Source: Actinomycetes bacterium
Lineage (GTDB): Bacteria; Actinomycetota; Humimicrobiia; Humimicrobiales; Humimicrobiaceae
NCBI GenBank assembly: GCA_022396035.1
Contig: JAIOXO010000001.1
Location: 129,769 to 193,768, forward strand
DNA: 64,000 bases
Reading direction: 5' to 3'
Under the pieces are notes generated by a model. It had not been told where the DNA came from, did not search any database, and worked only from the letters and a program-made list of their open reading frames with translations. The position numbers and the translations under genes were made by a program. Shown here one piece after another: positions 42,971 to 54,578 of this stretch. How positions within the stretch are numbered: the first letter of the stretch is position 1; each line of letters opens with the position of its first letter.

Positions 42971-44113
42971 TTATTTTTCCTGCTGTTTTTTATTATTCAG
43001 CTTATCGATATCTATAACCTCATTTGACATTATCTTTACGCTGGGATGAATTATTATCCCATTTTCTATAACGCTTTTTGAACCGATTACCGCTTTCTCC
43101 AAAACCGATACTTTGTCCTTTATCTTGGCATCATAGCCAATGATGGCACCGATCAGCGAAGAATCCTTGCCGATATAACCGCTGCCCCATTTTATTCCCC
43201 TGTACAGTACTGCCCTCTGGTCCACTACCGTACTGTCTCCCAGTATAATGGGGCCGAACAGCTTGGCTTCTTTTTTTATGGTACAGTTATTGCCGATACA
43301 GACCGGGGGTATAATTATTACATCTTCTTCTATCTTGCAGTTCTTGCCTATCCATACCCCTTCTTTTATCTGTTTGCCGGATATTTTTACTTTTACCTTG
43401 CCTTCCAGGGCATCAAAATTTCCCTGCTGGTATTCATCCAGGCTGCCCACATCATTCCAGTACTGGGAATGGGTATAACCATAGTAGGGAATATCTTTGT
43501 CCAGCAGGTCGGGAAAAAGGTTCTTGCCAAAATCATAAAACTGCCCTGCAGGCATGTGCTCAAATATCTCCGGTTCAAATAAATATATGCCGCTATTGGC
43601 CAGATCCGATTTGGCTTCCCCACTTAAAGGCTTTTCCTGAAAACCGTAAATCCTTTTATCATCATCCAAAAGTACTACCCCGTACTGGGAAGTATCTTCC
43701 ACCCTGGTCAGTAGCATGGTGCAGATTCCGCCTTTCTGCTGGTGAAATTGGTTTGCCGCTCCCAGATCTATATCGGTAAGAGCATCGCCGCTTATAACCA
43801 GAAAGGGCTGGCCTTCAAAAAAATCCTCCACATTCTTAACCCCTCCGGCAGTACCCAGCAGTTCTTCTTCATAGGAATACACCAGGTTTACGCCCCACCG
43901 GGAGCCGTCCCCGAAATGATCTTTTATGGCTTCCGGATACCAGTGCAGGTTGCATACTATATCCTTGTAGCCGTGACCGGCCAGCAGGTCAATAATATGT
44001 TCCATTACCGGCTTATTTACAATAGGAGCCATGGGCTTGGATATCAAATCTGTCAGGGGCCTTAGCCTGGTGCCCAGGCCTGCCGCCAGTACCATTGCTT
44101 TTTTAGTTTTCAT
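42971..44113 (-). CDS. Sugar-phosphate nucleotidyltransferase with C-terminal left-handed beta-helix
   Basis: N-terminal LAAGLGTRLRPLT NTP-transferase motif; hexapeptide repeats at the C-terminus. Confidence 0.75.
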   Translation of the reverse strand: MKTKKAMVLAAGLGTRLRPLTDLISKPMAPIVNKPVMEHIIDLLAGHGYKDIVCNLHWYPEAIKDHFGDGSRWGVNLVYSYEEELLGTAGGVKNVEDFFEGQPFLVISGDALTDIDLGAANQFHQQKGGICTMLLTRVEDTSQYGVVLLDDDKRIYGFQEKPLSGEAKSDLANSGIYLFEPEIFEHMPAGQFYDFGKNLFPDLLDKDIPYYGYTHSQYWNDVGSLDEYQQGNFDALEGKVKVKISGKQIKEGVWIGKNCKIEEDVIIIPPVCIGNNCTIKKEAKLFGPIILGDSTVVDQRAVLYRGIKWGSGYIGKDSSLIGAIIGYDAKIKDKVSVLEKAVIGSKSVIENGIIIHPSVKIMSNEVIDIDKLNNKKQQEK

Positions 44114-44115
44114 CT

Positions 44116-45180
44116 CTACACCAACTCCTGTTCCAATTTTGCAATATTTTCCACATAGGGGGGATAAATGGTCCCTTTTTCGGTGATTATCCCGGTTATA
44201 TCTTTGCTGCTGGTAACATCAAAAGAAGGATTTTCAACCGGTATATAATCAGGTATTATCCTGGTTCCCATTACCTCTCTGACCTCCCGGCCATCCCTCT
44301 GTTCAATAGGTATCTGGTCTCCGCTGTGCATGTCAAAGTCAATAGTGGAAACCGGAGCTGCTATAAAAAAAGGTATACGGTAATGCCGGGCCAGGACTGA
44401 AAGCCCCAGGGTCCCAATCTTGTTGGCGCTGTCTCCGTTTTTAGCCACCCTGTCTGCGCCTACCACCACTACATTTACTTCTTTTCTGGACATGAAAAAG
44501 GCAGCCATATTATCGGTTATAACTGTACAGGGTATGCCCTCCTGATAAAGCTCCCAGGAAGTAAGCCTGGCCCCCTGGAGATAAGGCCTGGTTTCATCCA
44601 CCAGCACCCTTTCTATCCTGTGGTTCTCATGCAGGCTCCGGATTACCCCCAGGGCAGTTCCATACCCTGCGGTAGCCAGCGCCCCTGCATTGCAGTGGGT
44701 GAGTACCGAAAGCTTATTTTTAGCCAGACCCCTTATGGCAATCAAACCATTTCTGCCAATGGCTTTGTTTGTTTCTATATCTTCCTGCTCTATTTTTTTA
44801 GCCTCCGTCTCCAGCACCTGCTTTATATGGTCAATGCTTTCCCCTATATTTTTATCCAACAGTTTTTCCATCCTGGACAGGGCCCAGAAAAGGTTCACCG
44901 CCGTAGGCCTGGATTTGGACAGCAGGTGCACTCCTTTCCTTACCAGAGATAAAAATTCATCCTTGCTGTCTCCGGTATACTGGTTTGCCGCCAGGGTTAC
45001 CCCGTAGGCAGCAGCTACCCCGATAGCCGGAGCGCCCCTTACCACCATATCCCTGATGGCCCGGGCAGTACTGCCAGCGTCCCTGCATATTAAATATTCT
45101 TCCCTGAAGGGAAGTTTTCTCTGATCAATCAGCTCCAGTGAGGTGCCCTTCCATTTAAGGGTTAGGTTCCTATCTCCCAT
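44116..45180 (-). CDS. mtnA: S-methyl-5-thioribose-1-phosphate isomerase (eIF-2B alpha/beta/delta family)
   Basis: Family-typical N-terminus ([28 protein letters not shown]) and length. Confidence 0.8.
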   Translation of the reverse strand: MGDRNLTLKWKGTSLELIDQRKLPFREEYLICRDAGSTARAIRDMVVRGAPAIGVAAAYGVTLAANQYTGDSKDEFLSLVRKGVHLLSKSRPTAVNLFWALSRMEKLLDKNIGESIDHIKQVLETEAKKIEQEDIETNKAIGRNGLIAIRGLAKNKLSVLTHCNAGALATAGYGTALGVIRSLHENHRIERVLVDETRPYLQGARLTSWELYQEGIPCTVITDNMAAFFMSRKEVNVVVVGADRVAKNGDSANKIGTLGLSVLARHYRIPFFIAAPVSTIDFDMHSGDQIPIEQRDGREVREVMGTRIIPDYIPVENPSFDVTSSKDITGIITEKGTIYPPYVENIAKLEQELV

Positions 45181-46442
45181 GAATTTAAATACTCCTCCTG
45201 CTCCGGGGTTAATTTATCAATGGTAACTCCCATGGTCTGGAGTTTTATCTTTGCAATTCTTTCATCTATAGCTTGGGGTACCGGATATACTTTCTTCTCC
45301 AGGGTATCTGCCTGCCCGTATATATACTCGGCGCTTAAGGCCTGGTTGGCAAAACTCATATCCATAACGCTGGCAGGATGTCCTTCCGCTGCTCCCAGAT
45401 TTACCAGCCTGCCCTGGGCCAGAAGATAAATTCTTCTGCCGTCTTTCATTTTGTATTCAGTGACAAAAGGCCTTACCTCCCTGTTGGAAACACTGTTCTG
45501 CTTTAAATAATTTATATCAATCTCTGCATCAAAATGTCCTGAATTGGCAACTATGGTCCGGTCTTTGCAGCTCTTGAGCACAGGCTCACCGATAACATTT
45601 TTATTTCCGGTAACCGATAAAAATATATCTCCCACTTTAGCTGCCTCGGTATTGGTCATAACCTCAAACCCGTCCATCTTTGCTTCCAGGGCCTTCAGGG
45701 GGTCAATTTCCAGCACCACTACCGATGCTCCCATTCCCCTGGCTCTCATGGCTACGCCTCTGCCGCACCATCCATAGCCCACTACCACAAATTTCTTTCC
45801 GGCAATAAGGACATTGGTAGCCCGGAGTATGCCGTCTATGGTGCTCTGACCGGTACCATAGCGGTTATCAAAAAAGTGTTTGGTTTTGGCATCATTAACC
45901 GCTACTATGGGATAACCCAGTACTTTTTTTGCTTCCATGCTCTTTAACCTTATAACCCCGGTAGTGGTTTCCTCGGTTCCGCCCAGCATATTGTCCAGAA
46001 GCTCCTTCCTGCTGCTGTGCAGACAGGAAACTACATCCGCCCCGTCATCCATGGAAATCCTGGGTTTGGTGTCCAGAACACTGTTTATATGCTGGTAATA
46101 GGTATCATTATCTTCACCTTTAATAGCAAATACTGATATGCCGTAATCCTTTACCAGGGAAGCAGCCACATCATCCTGGGTGCTTAAGGGGTTGGAGGCG
46201 CACAGGGAAACCTTCGCTCCCCCTTCCTTTAAGGTAATCATTAAATTGGCGGTTTCGCTGGTAACATGCAGGCATGCCCCCAGGATCAGGCCCTTAAGGA
46301 TTTTGCTTTTGGAAAACTCATCCCTTATCCCTGCCAGCACCGGCATATCCTGCCCGGCCCATTCAATCTTGTTTTTGCCCTCGGCAGCCAGGCTTAAATC
46401 TTTTACGTCATACTCCATTTTAATCCTTTCTAAATTAATCAA
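45162..46442 (-). CDS. ahcY: Adenosylhomocysteinase
   Basis: NAD-binding GYGWCGRG (GxGxxG-type); full-length SAHH similarity. Confidence 0.9.
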   Translation of the reverse strand: MINLERIKMEYDVKDLSLAAEGKNKIEWAGQDMPVLAGIRDEFSKSKILKGLILGACLHVTSETANLMITLKEGGAKVSLCASNPLSTQDDVAASLVKDYGISVFAIKGEDNDTYYQHINSVLDTKPRISMDDGADVVSCLHSSRKELLDNMLGGTEETTTGVIRLKSMEAKKVLGYPIVAVNDAKTKHFFDNRYGTGQSTIDGILRATNVLIAGKKFVVVGYGWCGRGVAMRARGMGASVVVLEIDPLKALEAKMDGFEVMTNTEAAKVGDIFLSVTGNKNVIGEPVLKSCKDRTIVANSGHFDAEIDINYLKQNSVSNREVRPFVTEYKMKDGRRIYLLAQGRLVNLGAAEGHPASVMDMSFANQALSAEYIYGQADTLEKKVYPVPQAIDERIAKIKLQTMGVTIDKLTPEQEEYLNSWEIGT

Positions 46443-47508
46443 GCTTGGAAAGCTCTGCTTTCAGTTTCTCAATTTTTTCCACAGGGGTGGGGTCTACTCC
46501 ATGGTAGAGCGCCAGATATACACTGGTTATATCTCCGGTGTACAGGGTTGACAGCGCCCGGGCAAACCTGCTTTTACCCTTTACCGGAACCTCTATCACC
46601 TTCCCCAGATTATCCTCAATCAGCTTTCTGGTGGCCTCTATGCGGGCCTCGATCCTCTTATTGCCCTGCTGCTGGGTGAAGATTATCAATACAAAATTTT
46701 TTGTTACCGGTGCCAGCCTGTCCCAGCCCACGGTTTCATTATGGTTAAGCTCCGGAAACTGTGCCCAGAAACAGGGGGTCTTGGCATTTTCATTTATCTC
46801 GCATTTCCACCGGTAGGCAATAGGCCCAAGATACCCTTCCTGGCCGTATACCACCGGCAGCCGGTCTCCTATCATCACTGCCAGTTGCTTGGCGTAATTT
46901 TTTTCATAGGGGTTGTTGCGGTTAAATTGCCGGCCCAGCTGTTTAACCATATCCAGGCCTTCCTGTATATCCCCGGCATCAGTATCAATTAAGCCCAGCC
47001 TGCCCAGGGCCATATAAGCGGGCATAAACAGATATCCAAAAGCTCCCCGGGGCTGGTAGCCGGAGGGCAGGCTTATAAGGGAGACATCATCATAATCCGC
47101 CGCCAGCTGTTTCAGCTTTCCTCCTGAGGTTATAAACAGCATGGCTGCCCCGATGCCGGCTGCCTGCTTTACACAGGAAATAGTCTCTTCGGTATTTCCG
47201 GAATAACTGGAAGCTACCACCAGCCAGTCCTTGGTAACATAGGCGGGCAGATTATAGCCTTTTACCGCTACCAGATTCACCCCGGCGCTGTGGGCAGCCA
47301 GGGAAGCAATTATGTCCCCGCTGATGCCGGAGCCTCCCATCCCCACAAACACCAGGCCTGAATATTTCTTGCCGGCAATCTGGCTTAAATCAGCTGCTTC
47401 AGCAATTTTTTGGCCTTCCAGCAATTGGTTATAAAAATTTTCCTCAACCTCAAGCATCCCCTGGGGGTCCAGTTGCTCAATTTTATTTATATCATCCAAT
47501 GTATTCAA
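46435..47508 (-). CDS. Bifunctional phosphoglucose/phosphomannose isomerase (SIS-domain, archaeal-type PGI/PMI)
   Basis: Two SIS domains; [10 protein letters not shown] motif; length about 357 aa. Confidence 0.75.
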   Translation of the reverse strand: MNTLDDINKIEQLDPQGMLEVEENFYNQLLEGQKIAEAADLSQIAGKKYSGLVFVGMGGSGISGDIIASLAAHSAGVNLVAVKGYNLPAYVTKDWLVVASSYSGNTEETISCVKQAAGIGAAMLFITSGGKLKQLAADYDDVSLISLPSGYQPRGAFGYLFMPAYMALGRLGLIDTDAGDIQEGLDMVKQLGRQFNRNNPYEKNYAKQLAVMIGDRLPVVYGQEGYLGPIAYRWKCEINENAKTPCFWAQFPELNHNETVGWDRLAPVTKNFVLIIFTQQQGNKRIEARIEATRKLIEDNLGKVIEVPVKGKSRFARALSTLYTGDITSVYLALYHGVDPTPVEKIEKLKAELSKLD

Positions 47509-47544
47509 ATTAATAACACCTGCCTTTATTTATACTACAAACTT

Positions 47545-48996
47545 TTACCCTAATATTCCATCAATAACTTTTTTACCTGTCTTCAGCAGCCCTTTCAGTT
47601 TTTGGGCACTGCTGCTTTCTGCATACAGCCTTACCACTGCCTCGGTGCCTGAAGGCCTTATCATCAGCCAGCTGCCGTCCCCGGTTATATATTTGTAGCC
47701 GTCAATGGTCACCACCTTGTCTATCTGCAGTGATTCTATGGGTGCCGGCACCCTTTTATCCAGAAGCTGGGACAGCCTGCTCTTCTGATCCCTGGTTACT
47801 TCCATATCTATCCGGTCATAAACAAAATAGCCAAACCGCTCATAGATATCATCAAGTATCCGGCTGATGGATTTTTGTTTCAAGCTGGCTATCTCCACCA
47901 GCTTAAGGCCCATAAGCATGCCGTCTCTTTCCGGTATGTTTCCATAGCACCACAGCCCGCCGCTTTCTTCTCCTCCCATAATTACATTGCCTTCCATTAT
48001 CTTCTGGCCAATGTATTTAAATCCTATGGGGGTGGTTACCAGCTCCAGGCCGTAATGGTCACATATGCGGTCAATTATGGAGGAAGTAGAGACAGTTTTC
48101 ACTACCCTGCCTTCAAGCTTGCGGTCACCGGCTAGATGGTCAAGCACTACCGCAAAGATATGGTGGCTGCTGATATAGCTTCCATCTCCGGCTAAAGCGC
48201 CTATGCGGTCAGCATCCCCGTCAAGGCATATGGCCATATCCAGGTTATGGCTGGCCAGATACTGCCGGGCCTGATTAAGGTTTTCGCCAATAGGTTCGGG
48301 AGCCAGTCCGCCAAAGGAAGGGTTTATTTCCGAATGTATCTCTGCAACCTCACTTTTTACCAGGCTGCTTACAATATCGCGGTAAATCTTCTGTCCTGCC
48401 CCGTACATGGGGTCTATAAGCAACCCAAAATTATATTTCTTTATAACCTCGGTGTCCACCAGGCCCAGTATATGGTCCCGGTAGCCAGAGATAAAGTCTT
48501 CACTGGTGATATTCTGCTCCGGGTTAGCGCTGTCCCGGGCCAGGCAGCGATAAAAAAGGCCGTCAGCTATGCCCCGGTTTACCCTCTTTTCGATTTTTTC
48601 TATGATATCCATGGTAGCGGAACCGCCATAAGGGCCCTTCACCTTGTACCCGTTATACATATAGGGATTATGGCTGGCAGTTATCATGATTCCCAGGTCC
48701 GCGCCGCGGTCCACCACTGCATGGGAAAGCACCGGGGTAGGGACAGCAGTCTCCGATATCATGGTCTTAACCTGGTTGGCCCCGAATACATCACCGGCAA
48801 TATGGGCAAACCGGTCCGATAAGAACCTGGTATCATAGCCAATAACTATCTTGCGCCGGTCGCTATCAATATTTGCTTTATGCTCCAGGTATTCGCATAC
48901 TCCCTGGGTTACCACTTTTACATTTTCAAAGGTAAACTGGTCAGCTATTACATCTCTCCACCCATCAGTGCCGAACTGGATGCTTTTTTCATTCAT
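47545..48996 (-). CDS. Phosphoglucomutase/phosphomannomutase (alpha-D-phosphohexomutase)
   Basis: Active-site Ser loop TASHNPYMYNGYK; metal-binding DGDADR loop. Confidence 0.85.
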   Translation of the reverse strand: MNEKSIQFGTDGWRDVIADQFTFENVKVVTQGVCEYLEHKANIDSDRRKIVIGYDTRFLSDRFAHIAGDVFGANQVKTMISETAVPTPVLSHAVVDRGADLGIMITASHNPYMYNGYKVKGPYGGSATMDIIEKIEKRVNRGIADGLFYRCLARDSANPEQNITSEDFISGYRDHILGLVDTEVIKKYNFGLLIDPMYGAGQKIYRDIVSSLVKSEVAEIHSEINPSFGGLAPEPIGENLNQARQYLASHNLDMAICLDGDADRIGALAGDGSYISSHHIFAVVLDHLAGDRKLEGRVVKTVSTSSIIDRICDHYGLELVTTPIGFKYIGQKIMEGNVIMGGEESGGLWCYGNIPERDGMLMGLKLVEIASLKQKSISRILDDIYERFGYFVYDRIDMEVTRDQKSRLSQLLDKRVPAPIESLQIDKVVTIDGYKYITGDGSWLMIRPSGTEAVVRLYAESSSAQKLKGLLKTGKKVIDGILG

Positions 48997-49007
48997 GTTA
49001 ATACTTT

Positions 49008-49979
49008 CTATACTAGTTTTTTTAACCTATTATAATCATACTCTACCATTATTTTAACCAGCTGCTCAAAATCTACCTCCGGCTTCCAGCCCAGAACCTC
49101 CCTGGCTTTTGAAGAGTCGCCCACCAGGAGATCAACCTCGGCCGGACGCAAAAACCGGGGGTCAACTTTTACATATTTTTCCCAGTCCAGGTCAAGACAG
49201 CTGAAGGCAGCCTCCACCCATTCTTTTACCGTATGGGTGTGGTCGGTGGATACCACATAGTCAGAAGGACTGTCCTGCTGCAGCATCATCCACATGGCCT
49301 GCACATAATCTCGGGCATAACCCCAGTCTCTCTTGGAATCCAGGTTGCCCAGGTAAAGGGCATCGGACAGCCCTAACTTTATCCTGGCCACCCCATCGGT
49401 TACCTTCTTGGTTACAAATTCAAGCCCCCTGCGGGGTGATTCATGGTTAAACAGGATTCCGCAGCAGGCAAACAGGTCATAGCTTTCCCGGTAATTAACG
49501 GTTATATAATGACCGTAAGCTTTGGCCACCCCATAAGGGCTCCGGGGGTAAAAAGGAGTATCCTCATTCTGGGGTACCTCCCTGACCTTGCCAAACATCT
49601 CTGAACTGGATGCCTGGTAATACTTTATATCCTTACCCATATTTTTTAATCCTTCCAGCATCCTGGTAACCCCCAGCCCGGTAAATTCTCCGGTAAGCAC
49701 CGGCTGTTTCCAGGAGGTGGGAACAAAAGACATAGCTGCCAGGTTGTAGATTTCATCAGGATCAGATTCTTTTATGGCATTAACAATAGAAAGCTGGTCC
49801 AAAAGGTCTGCCTGCACAAATTTTATCTTATGCTTAATATGTTCAATCCTGTACAGGTTTTCTACCGAAGACCTCCTTATCATCCCATAAACTTCGTATC
49901 CCTTGTCCAATAGAAGTTCTGCCAGATAAGAACCGTCCTGGCCGGTTATGCCGGTAATCAATGCTCTCAATTTGTTCAC
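49008..49979 (-). CDS. gmd: GDP-mannose 4,6-dehydratase
   Basis: [20 protein letters not shown]-terminus and catalytic YxxxK; typical Gmd length. Confidence 0.9.
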   Translation of the reverse strand: MNKLRALITGITGQDGSYLAELLLDKGYEVYGMIRRSSVENLYRIEHIKHKIKFVQADLLDQLSIVNAIKESDPDEIYNLAAMSFVPTSWKQPVLTGEFTGLGVTRMLEGLKNMGKDIKYYQASSSEMFGKVREVPQNEDTPFYPRSPYGVAKAYGHYITVNYRESYDLFACCGILFNHESPRRGLEFVTKKVTDGVARIKLGLSDALYLGNLDSKRDWGYARDYVQAMWMMLQQDSPSDYVVSTDHTHTVKEWVEAAFSCLDLDWEKYVKVDPRFLRPAEVDLLVGDSSKAREVLGWKPEVDFEQLVKIMVEYDYNRLKKLV

Positions 49980-50003
49980 CTCTCGCTTTTAGTTTTAAAT
50001 CAA

Positions 50004-51119
50004 TTAGAATTGTATTTGGCCTGATTGTATCCTGGAATTTATACAGATCTTTATTCCATTTTTAAGTACATTGTTTTTAGCAATTACACTGTTGTCCCCG
50101 ATTAAAGAAATGCCTTCCACCCTGACATTTTCATTTATTTTTACATTTTTGGATAATATGGAATTCTTTATTACTGAATCCTTGCCCACCCTGCAGTTGT
50201 TAAATAATATGCTGCCGGAAATTTCTGCCCCTGCGCTTATATAGCAGTTATCCCCTATAACCGTGAGGGGAAGAATTCTGGCTCCCGGCTCAATTATGGT
50301 GCCATGGCCGATTACCACTGGCCCGGAAGCAAAATTGGAATCATCGTACTTGGCCTTGTCGGCAATATAGATACCGGGTTTCTTCCGGGGATAGGGAAAA
50401 TCAAAATCAATCTTCTGGTCCAGAATGTCATGATGGGCGGCCAGATATTTTTCCGGAGTTCCCACGTCCAGCCAGTAGGTCTCGGAACGGAAGCCGTAAA
50501 TATTGTATCCTTCAGCCAGGGCCTTGGGAAACAGGCCTCGCTCAAAGGAATAATTGACTCCTTCCGGAACCATATCCATTACCCGGGGCTCTATGATATA
50601 GGTGCCGGCATTGATAAGGTCGGTGGTTATTTCTTCCTCACTGGGTTTTTCCAGAAACTCTGTAACCCTTCCGTCTTTGTCAATAGGTACCAGCCCATAG
50701 GCGGAAGGATCCTCTACCGGAGTAAGGGAGATGGTTATATCTGACTTCTTCTGCTCATGGTAACCTATCATATCTGTAAGGTTCAGGGAGGTAAGAATGT
50801 CTCCGTTAAACACCATAAATCTTTCTCCTCCCAGATATTTTTCTACATTCTTTACCGCGCCGCAGGTTCCCAGCGGGCTGTCTTCTACTACATAGGTTAT
50901 ATTTACTCCCAGCCTGGAACCGTCGCCAAAATAATTCTTGAACACAGAGGGCAGGTAACCGGTGGAAAAAATGATATCTTTTATACCATGGGATTTAAGC
51001 CTGTCTATAAAGTTGTGCATAAAGGGTCGGTTTACCAATGGAAGCATGGGTTTGGGGTTCAGGTAAGTAATCGGTCTCAGCCTGGTTCCCTTACCTCCTA
51101 CCAGTATTACTGCTTTCAC
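50004..51119 (-). CDS. NDP-sugar pyrophosphorylase (mannose-1-phosphate guanylyltransferase-like) with LbH C-terminus
   Basis: LVGGKGTRLRPIT motif; hexapeptide-repeat C-terminus; adjacent to gmd. Confidence 0.75.
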   Translation of the reverse strand: MKAVILVGGKGTRLRPITYLNPKPMLPLVNRPFMHNFIDRLKSHGIKDIIFSTGYLPSVFKNYFGDGSRLGVNITYVVEDSPLGTCGAVKNVEKYLGGERFMVFNGDILTSLNLTDMIGYHEQKKSDITISLTPVEDPSAYGLVPIDKDGRVTEFLEKPSEEEITTDLINAGTYIIEPRVMDMVPEGVNYSFERGLFPKALAEGYNIYGFRSETYWLDVGTPEKYLAAHHDILDQKIDFDFPYPRKKPGIYIADKAKYDDSNFASGPVVIGHGTIIEPGARILPLTVIGDNCYISAGAEISGSILFNNCRVGKDSVIKNSILSKNVKINENVRVEGISLIGDNSVIAKNNVLKNGIKICINSRIQSGQIQF

Positions 51120-51121
51120 TT

Positions 51122-52075
51122 TTAGCTCCTCTCCTCTTTTTTTACTTTATCTCTCCACCAGTTCAGGGTATCTGCAAGCGATTGTTCAAGCCGGTAGCCG
51201 GGCTGCCAGCCGGTATCAGCCTTAAGCCTGCTGTTGTCCCCATATATAGAGGGTATATCTATGGGCCTGAATTTTTTTTCATCTATCTTTACCTCAATAC
51301 GGTCACTGGCAGTACTCAGCCCTATAAGTGTTCCCAGTATATCCGCTATTTTTATCTTCTTGCCGCTGCATACATTGTATGCCTGGCCATTTTTCCCTTT
51401 TTCCAGGATCGAAATGTAAGCGGCCACCACATCCCTGACATCCAGAAAATCACGGTATGCCTCCAGATTACCCACCTTTATTACCGGATCGGTTCTGCCC
51501 TGCTCTATTCCGGCTATCTGCCGGGCAAAGTCACTGCATACAAATCTGTCCGACTGGCCGGGGCCCATATGGTTAAAAGAACGGGTAACCAGTACATTTA
51601 GCCGGTAAGCCTTGCTGTAGGTAAGAGCAAAAAAATCAAGGGCTGCCTTGCTTATGGCATAGGGATTCTGGGGAAAGATAGGAAACTTTTCATCTATGGC
51701 CTGCTGCTGGTCCGGTTCCCCGTACTCCTCTGCGGTACATACCGCCAGCACCCGGCAGCCGGGTCTATGCCTTTTGACCGAATTGAGCAGGTTTACACCC
51801 CCGAACACATTGGTGCTGAAAGTATCTATGGGGTTTTCCCAGGAATGGGATACCGATGCCTGGGCAGCCAGATGGTAGATCCGGTCCGGCTTAAACTCTT
51901 CTATCAGGCCGTCCACTTTATCTCCGCTGGTCAGGTCAATATCTCTGGACTGAATCCGGGAATCTATATTGTCTGGATTTATATCTATTCCTAAAATCTT
52001 GTGATTTTGTTCTAGCAGCAGCCCGGCCAGATGCCTGCCCACAAAACCCGCTGCCCCGGTTATTATTATATTCAA
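51122..52075 (-). CDS. NAD-dependent epimerase/dehydratase (SDR); likely GDP-4-keto-6-deoxy-D-mannose reductase (Rmd-like) or fucose synthase-like
   Basis: TGAAGFVG Rossmann motif; YxxxK; next to gmd. Confidence 0.6.
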   Translation of the reverse strand: MNIIITGAAGFVGRHLAGLLLEQNHKILGIDINPDNIDSRIQSRDIDLTSGDKVDGLIEEFKPDRIYHLAAQASVSHSWENPIDTFSTNVFGGVNLLNSVKRHRPGCRVLAVCTAEEYGEPDQQQAIDEKFPIFPQNPYAISKAALDFFALTYSKAYRLNVLVTRSFNHMGPGQSDRFVCSDFARQIAGIEQGRTDPVIKVGNLEAYRDFLDVRDVVAAYISILEKGKNGQAYNVCSGKKIKIADILGTLIGLSTASDRIEVKIDEKKFRPIDIPSIYGDNSRLKADTGWQPGYRLEQSLADTLNWWRDKVKKEERS

Positions 52076-52153
52076 AAGTAAATACTCCTAAATCTGTAGC
52101 CTGAAAAATATATAAACCATTTTAATATAAAAAGCAAACTATACAAACTAAAA

Positions 52154-53041
52154 TTAAACACCGGATGATTTTGTAAATATTTTTTTAAAAAAAGTAAACA
52201 AAAACCTGAGTACCAGAACCATCAGAAGAAGGGGGAGAAAAATTACCCTCCAGTTATTCCGATGATGCTTTAAGTAGAAATAGAATACGCTTTTCTGCAT
52301 CCTGAAAGATGCCCTTATATCCCTGCCCCGGCTGCTGCCCCCCACATGGTGAAGAACCTGGCTGTAAGGATAATAGTAAACCTTCCATCCCTTTTTCCAC
52401 ATACGGTAGCACAGGTCCAGATCTTCTACATACATAAAATACTTTTCATCCAGCAGCCCCACCTGGTCTAAGGCCTGCCTGCGGATAGCCATGCAGGACC
52501 CTGACACCCAGTCCACAGTCAACGGTCTGCTTTTATCCATTCCTTCCAGCTTATAGCCTCTGGTAAAAGGGTTATTGGGATAAACCGCTACCAGCAGACT
52601 GTGCAAAGCGGCATTGAACATGGAGGGAAACCTGCGGCAGGAGGGCTGCAGGGTGCCATCGCTGTTTATGATTTTTGGCCCGGCTATAGCTGCTTCCTCC
52701 TGGCTTTCCAAAAAATCAATCAAACCTTTCACAGCACCGGGGTAAACCTGGCAGTCGCTGTTTATAAGGATTATATAATCTGAATCAAATGCTTTAACAA
52801 CCTTGTTGTTGGCAGCAGCAAAACCTATATTTTCAGTACCGGCTATCAGCTCTACCCACCGGTAGCGGCTGCTTATATATTCTGCAGTGCCATCGCTGGA
52901 AGCATTGTCCACCACCACCGTCCTGCAGCTGAATCCAGGCGGGTTTTCTTTTATTGATTGCAGTAAATCTAGCACATAGTTAAGGCTGTTGTAACTGACT
53001 ATGCTTATCAGCAGTTTAGTTTTTTCTTTGTTTTCTGGCAA
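52154..53041 (-). CDS. Family-2 glycosyltransferase
   Basis: GT-A fold motifs (VVVDNASSDGT, DxD region ILINSDC). Confidence 0.8.
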   Translation of the reverse strand: MPENKEKTKLLISIVSYNSLNYVLDLLQSIKENPPGFSCRTVVVDNASSDGTAEYISSRYRWVELIAGTENIGFAAANNKVVKAFDSDYIILINSDCQVYPGAVKGLIDFLESQEEAAIAGPKIINSDGTLQPSCRRFPSMFNAALHSLLVAVYPNNPFTRGYKLEGMDKSRPLTVDWVSGSCMAIRRQALDQVGLLDEKYFMYVEDLDLCYRMWKKGWKVYYYPYSQVLHHVGGSSRGRDIRASFRMQKSVFYFYLKHHRNNWRVIFLPLLLMVLVLRFLFTFFKKIFTKSSGV

Positions 53042-53097
53042 TAGTGCAATAATCTTTTTTACTGTATTTTAATATATTTAGGCCGCTACCGCCATAA

Positions 53098-53685
53098 TCA
53101 ACTTGGAGCCAGAAGCAAACCAATGCTTTCCTTTGCCAGTTTGGCCCAGTCGGTGCTGTGGGGATCAAGCATTCCCTGTACCATAAACCCTATGGTAAGG
53201 GAAAAAAGGGTCTTGGAACAGTCCTCTACGTTTACTTTTCTTATAGATCCCTGCTTTATTCCCTGTTCTACCACGTAACTAAAAAAAGATGTGAACTTCT
53301 CATGGGTCCTCCGGCTTATGGAGTTAAGCTGGGGATCGCTTAACCCTTTAACATAAAGCTCTAAGAACAGGTTAAGCTGGCCCTTCACTTTGGTAAAGGC
53401 CGGTTTCATGGATTCAGGCAGGCTCATAAGCAGCTCCAAAAAGTTGACCTGGCCTTCTTCTATGGGGCCTATCTGCCGGGCCACTTCCTCTATCCATTTA
53501 TCCATCAGTATAAGCATAAGCTGCTGTTTGCTTTTAAAATGGTGGTAGAAAGCGCCCTTGCTTATACCCGCCTGGCTGCATATGTCCTCAACCCCGCTTT
53601 CATTAAATCCCTTGTCTGAAAATACCTCTGCTGCAGCGCTTATGATGCTGCTCCGGGTATCTATCCTTCTCTGTTCCTGGGTCAT
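53098..53685 (-). CDS. TetR/AcrR-family transcriptional regulator
   Basis: N-terminal HTH (GFNESGVEDICSQAGISKGAFYHHFKSKQQL). Confidence 0.85.
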   Translation of the reverse strand: MTQEQRRIDTRSSIISAAAEVFSDKGFNESGVEDICSQAGISKGAFYHHFKSKQQLMLILMDKWIEEVARQIGPIEEGQVNFLELLMSLPESMKPAFTKVKGQLNLFLELYVKGLSDPQLNSISRRTHEKFTSFFSYVVEQGIKQGSIRKVNVEDCSKTLFSLTIGFMVQGMLDPHSTDWAKLAKESIGLLLAPS

Positions 53686-54575
53686 GGTACCGTCCTGGCT
53701 ACATAATTGCTAAGTTCGCTGCCTTTCAGCAGCTTAATTTTATCCCTTACCTTTTCCCGGTAAGAAGATACGTAATATACGGCAGGGCCGCTTCCGGCAA
53801 GGTGCAGGGGGGTTATGCCCAGCGATTTGAGTTTATCCATCCAGTAGCCAAACTTCTCAAACTCCCGCTCATATACCAGCTCAAACACATTGAACAGGCC
53901 GGCCTGGAAATTATTGCCCGACTGCCTGGTAATCTTGCCCAGAAGTTTATTGCTGTATTCTCCTCCGGTGTAATGGCCGGAATTTATATAGGAATAGAGC
54001 CTGGCTGTTTTATTGGGCATACTCAATGGCAGCAGTATTACTGCCATCCACTTGGTGTCCACCGCCTCCAGTTTCTCTACCTTTTCTCCCCTTCCCTTAA
54101 CCATACAGGTGCCCCCGTATATAAAGTAGGGGACATCCGACCCTATTTTAGCTCCCAGCCCCAGCAGTTCCTCCAGGGTGAGCCCCAGTTTCCATAACTG
54201 GTTCAGGCCCCTCAGGGTTGCAGCAGCATCGCTGGAGCCCCCTCCCAGACCAGCAGCTGAAGGTATGTTCTTTCTAAGCTGTATCAATGCTCCTCCGGGG
54301 TAACCTGTTTCCTGCTTGAGCAGCAGTGCTGCCCGGTATACCAGGTTATCAAATAAATAATTGTTATTATCCTCCCCGAAAAGCATATCTTTTTCAGGGA
54401 GGCCTGAATATTCGGGTACCACCTGAATCCAGTCATTTTCCCAGAAAGTCAAAACATCACATATATCAATAGTCTGCATTACCGATTCAATATCATGATA
54501 GCCGTCATTCCTTTTACCTATAATTTCCAGGGTCAGGTTTACCTTTGCCGGAGCTATTTCACATATCATACCCAT
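53682..54575 (-). CDS. ispE: 4-diphosphocytidyl-2-C-methyl-D-erythritol kinase (GHMP kinase)
   Basis: PAKVNLTLEIIGKRNDGYHDIESVMQTIDICD aligns with the E. coli IspE N-terminus; GHMP motif PSAAGLGGGSSDAAA. Confidence 0.7.
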   Translation of the reverse strand: MGMICEIAPAKVNLTLEIIGKRNDGYHDIESVMQTIDICDVLTFWENDWIQVVPEYSGLPEKDMLFGEDNNNYLFDNLVYRAALLLKQETGYPGGALIQLRKNIPSAAGLGGGSSDAAATLRGLNQLWKLGLTLEELLGLGAKIGSDVPYFIYGGTCMVKGRGEKVEKLEAVDTKWMAVILLPLSMPNKTARLYSYINSGHYTGGEYSNKLLGKITRQSGNNFQAGLFNVFELVYEREFEKFGYWMDKLKSLGITPLHLAGSGPAVYYVSSYREKVRDKIKLLKGSELSNYVARTVP

Positions 54576-54578
54576 AAC

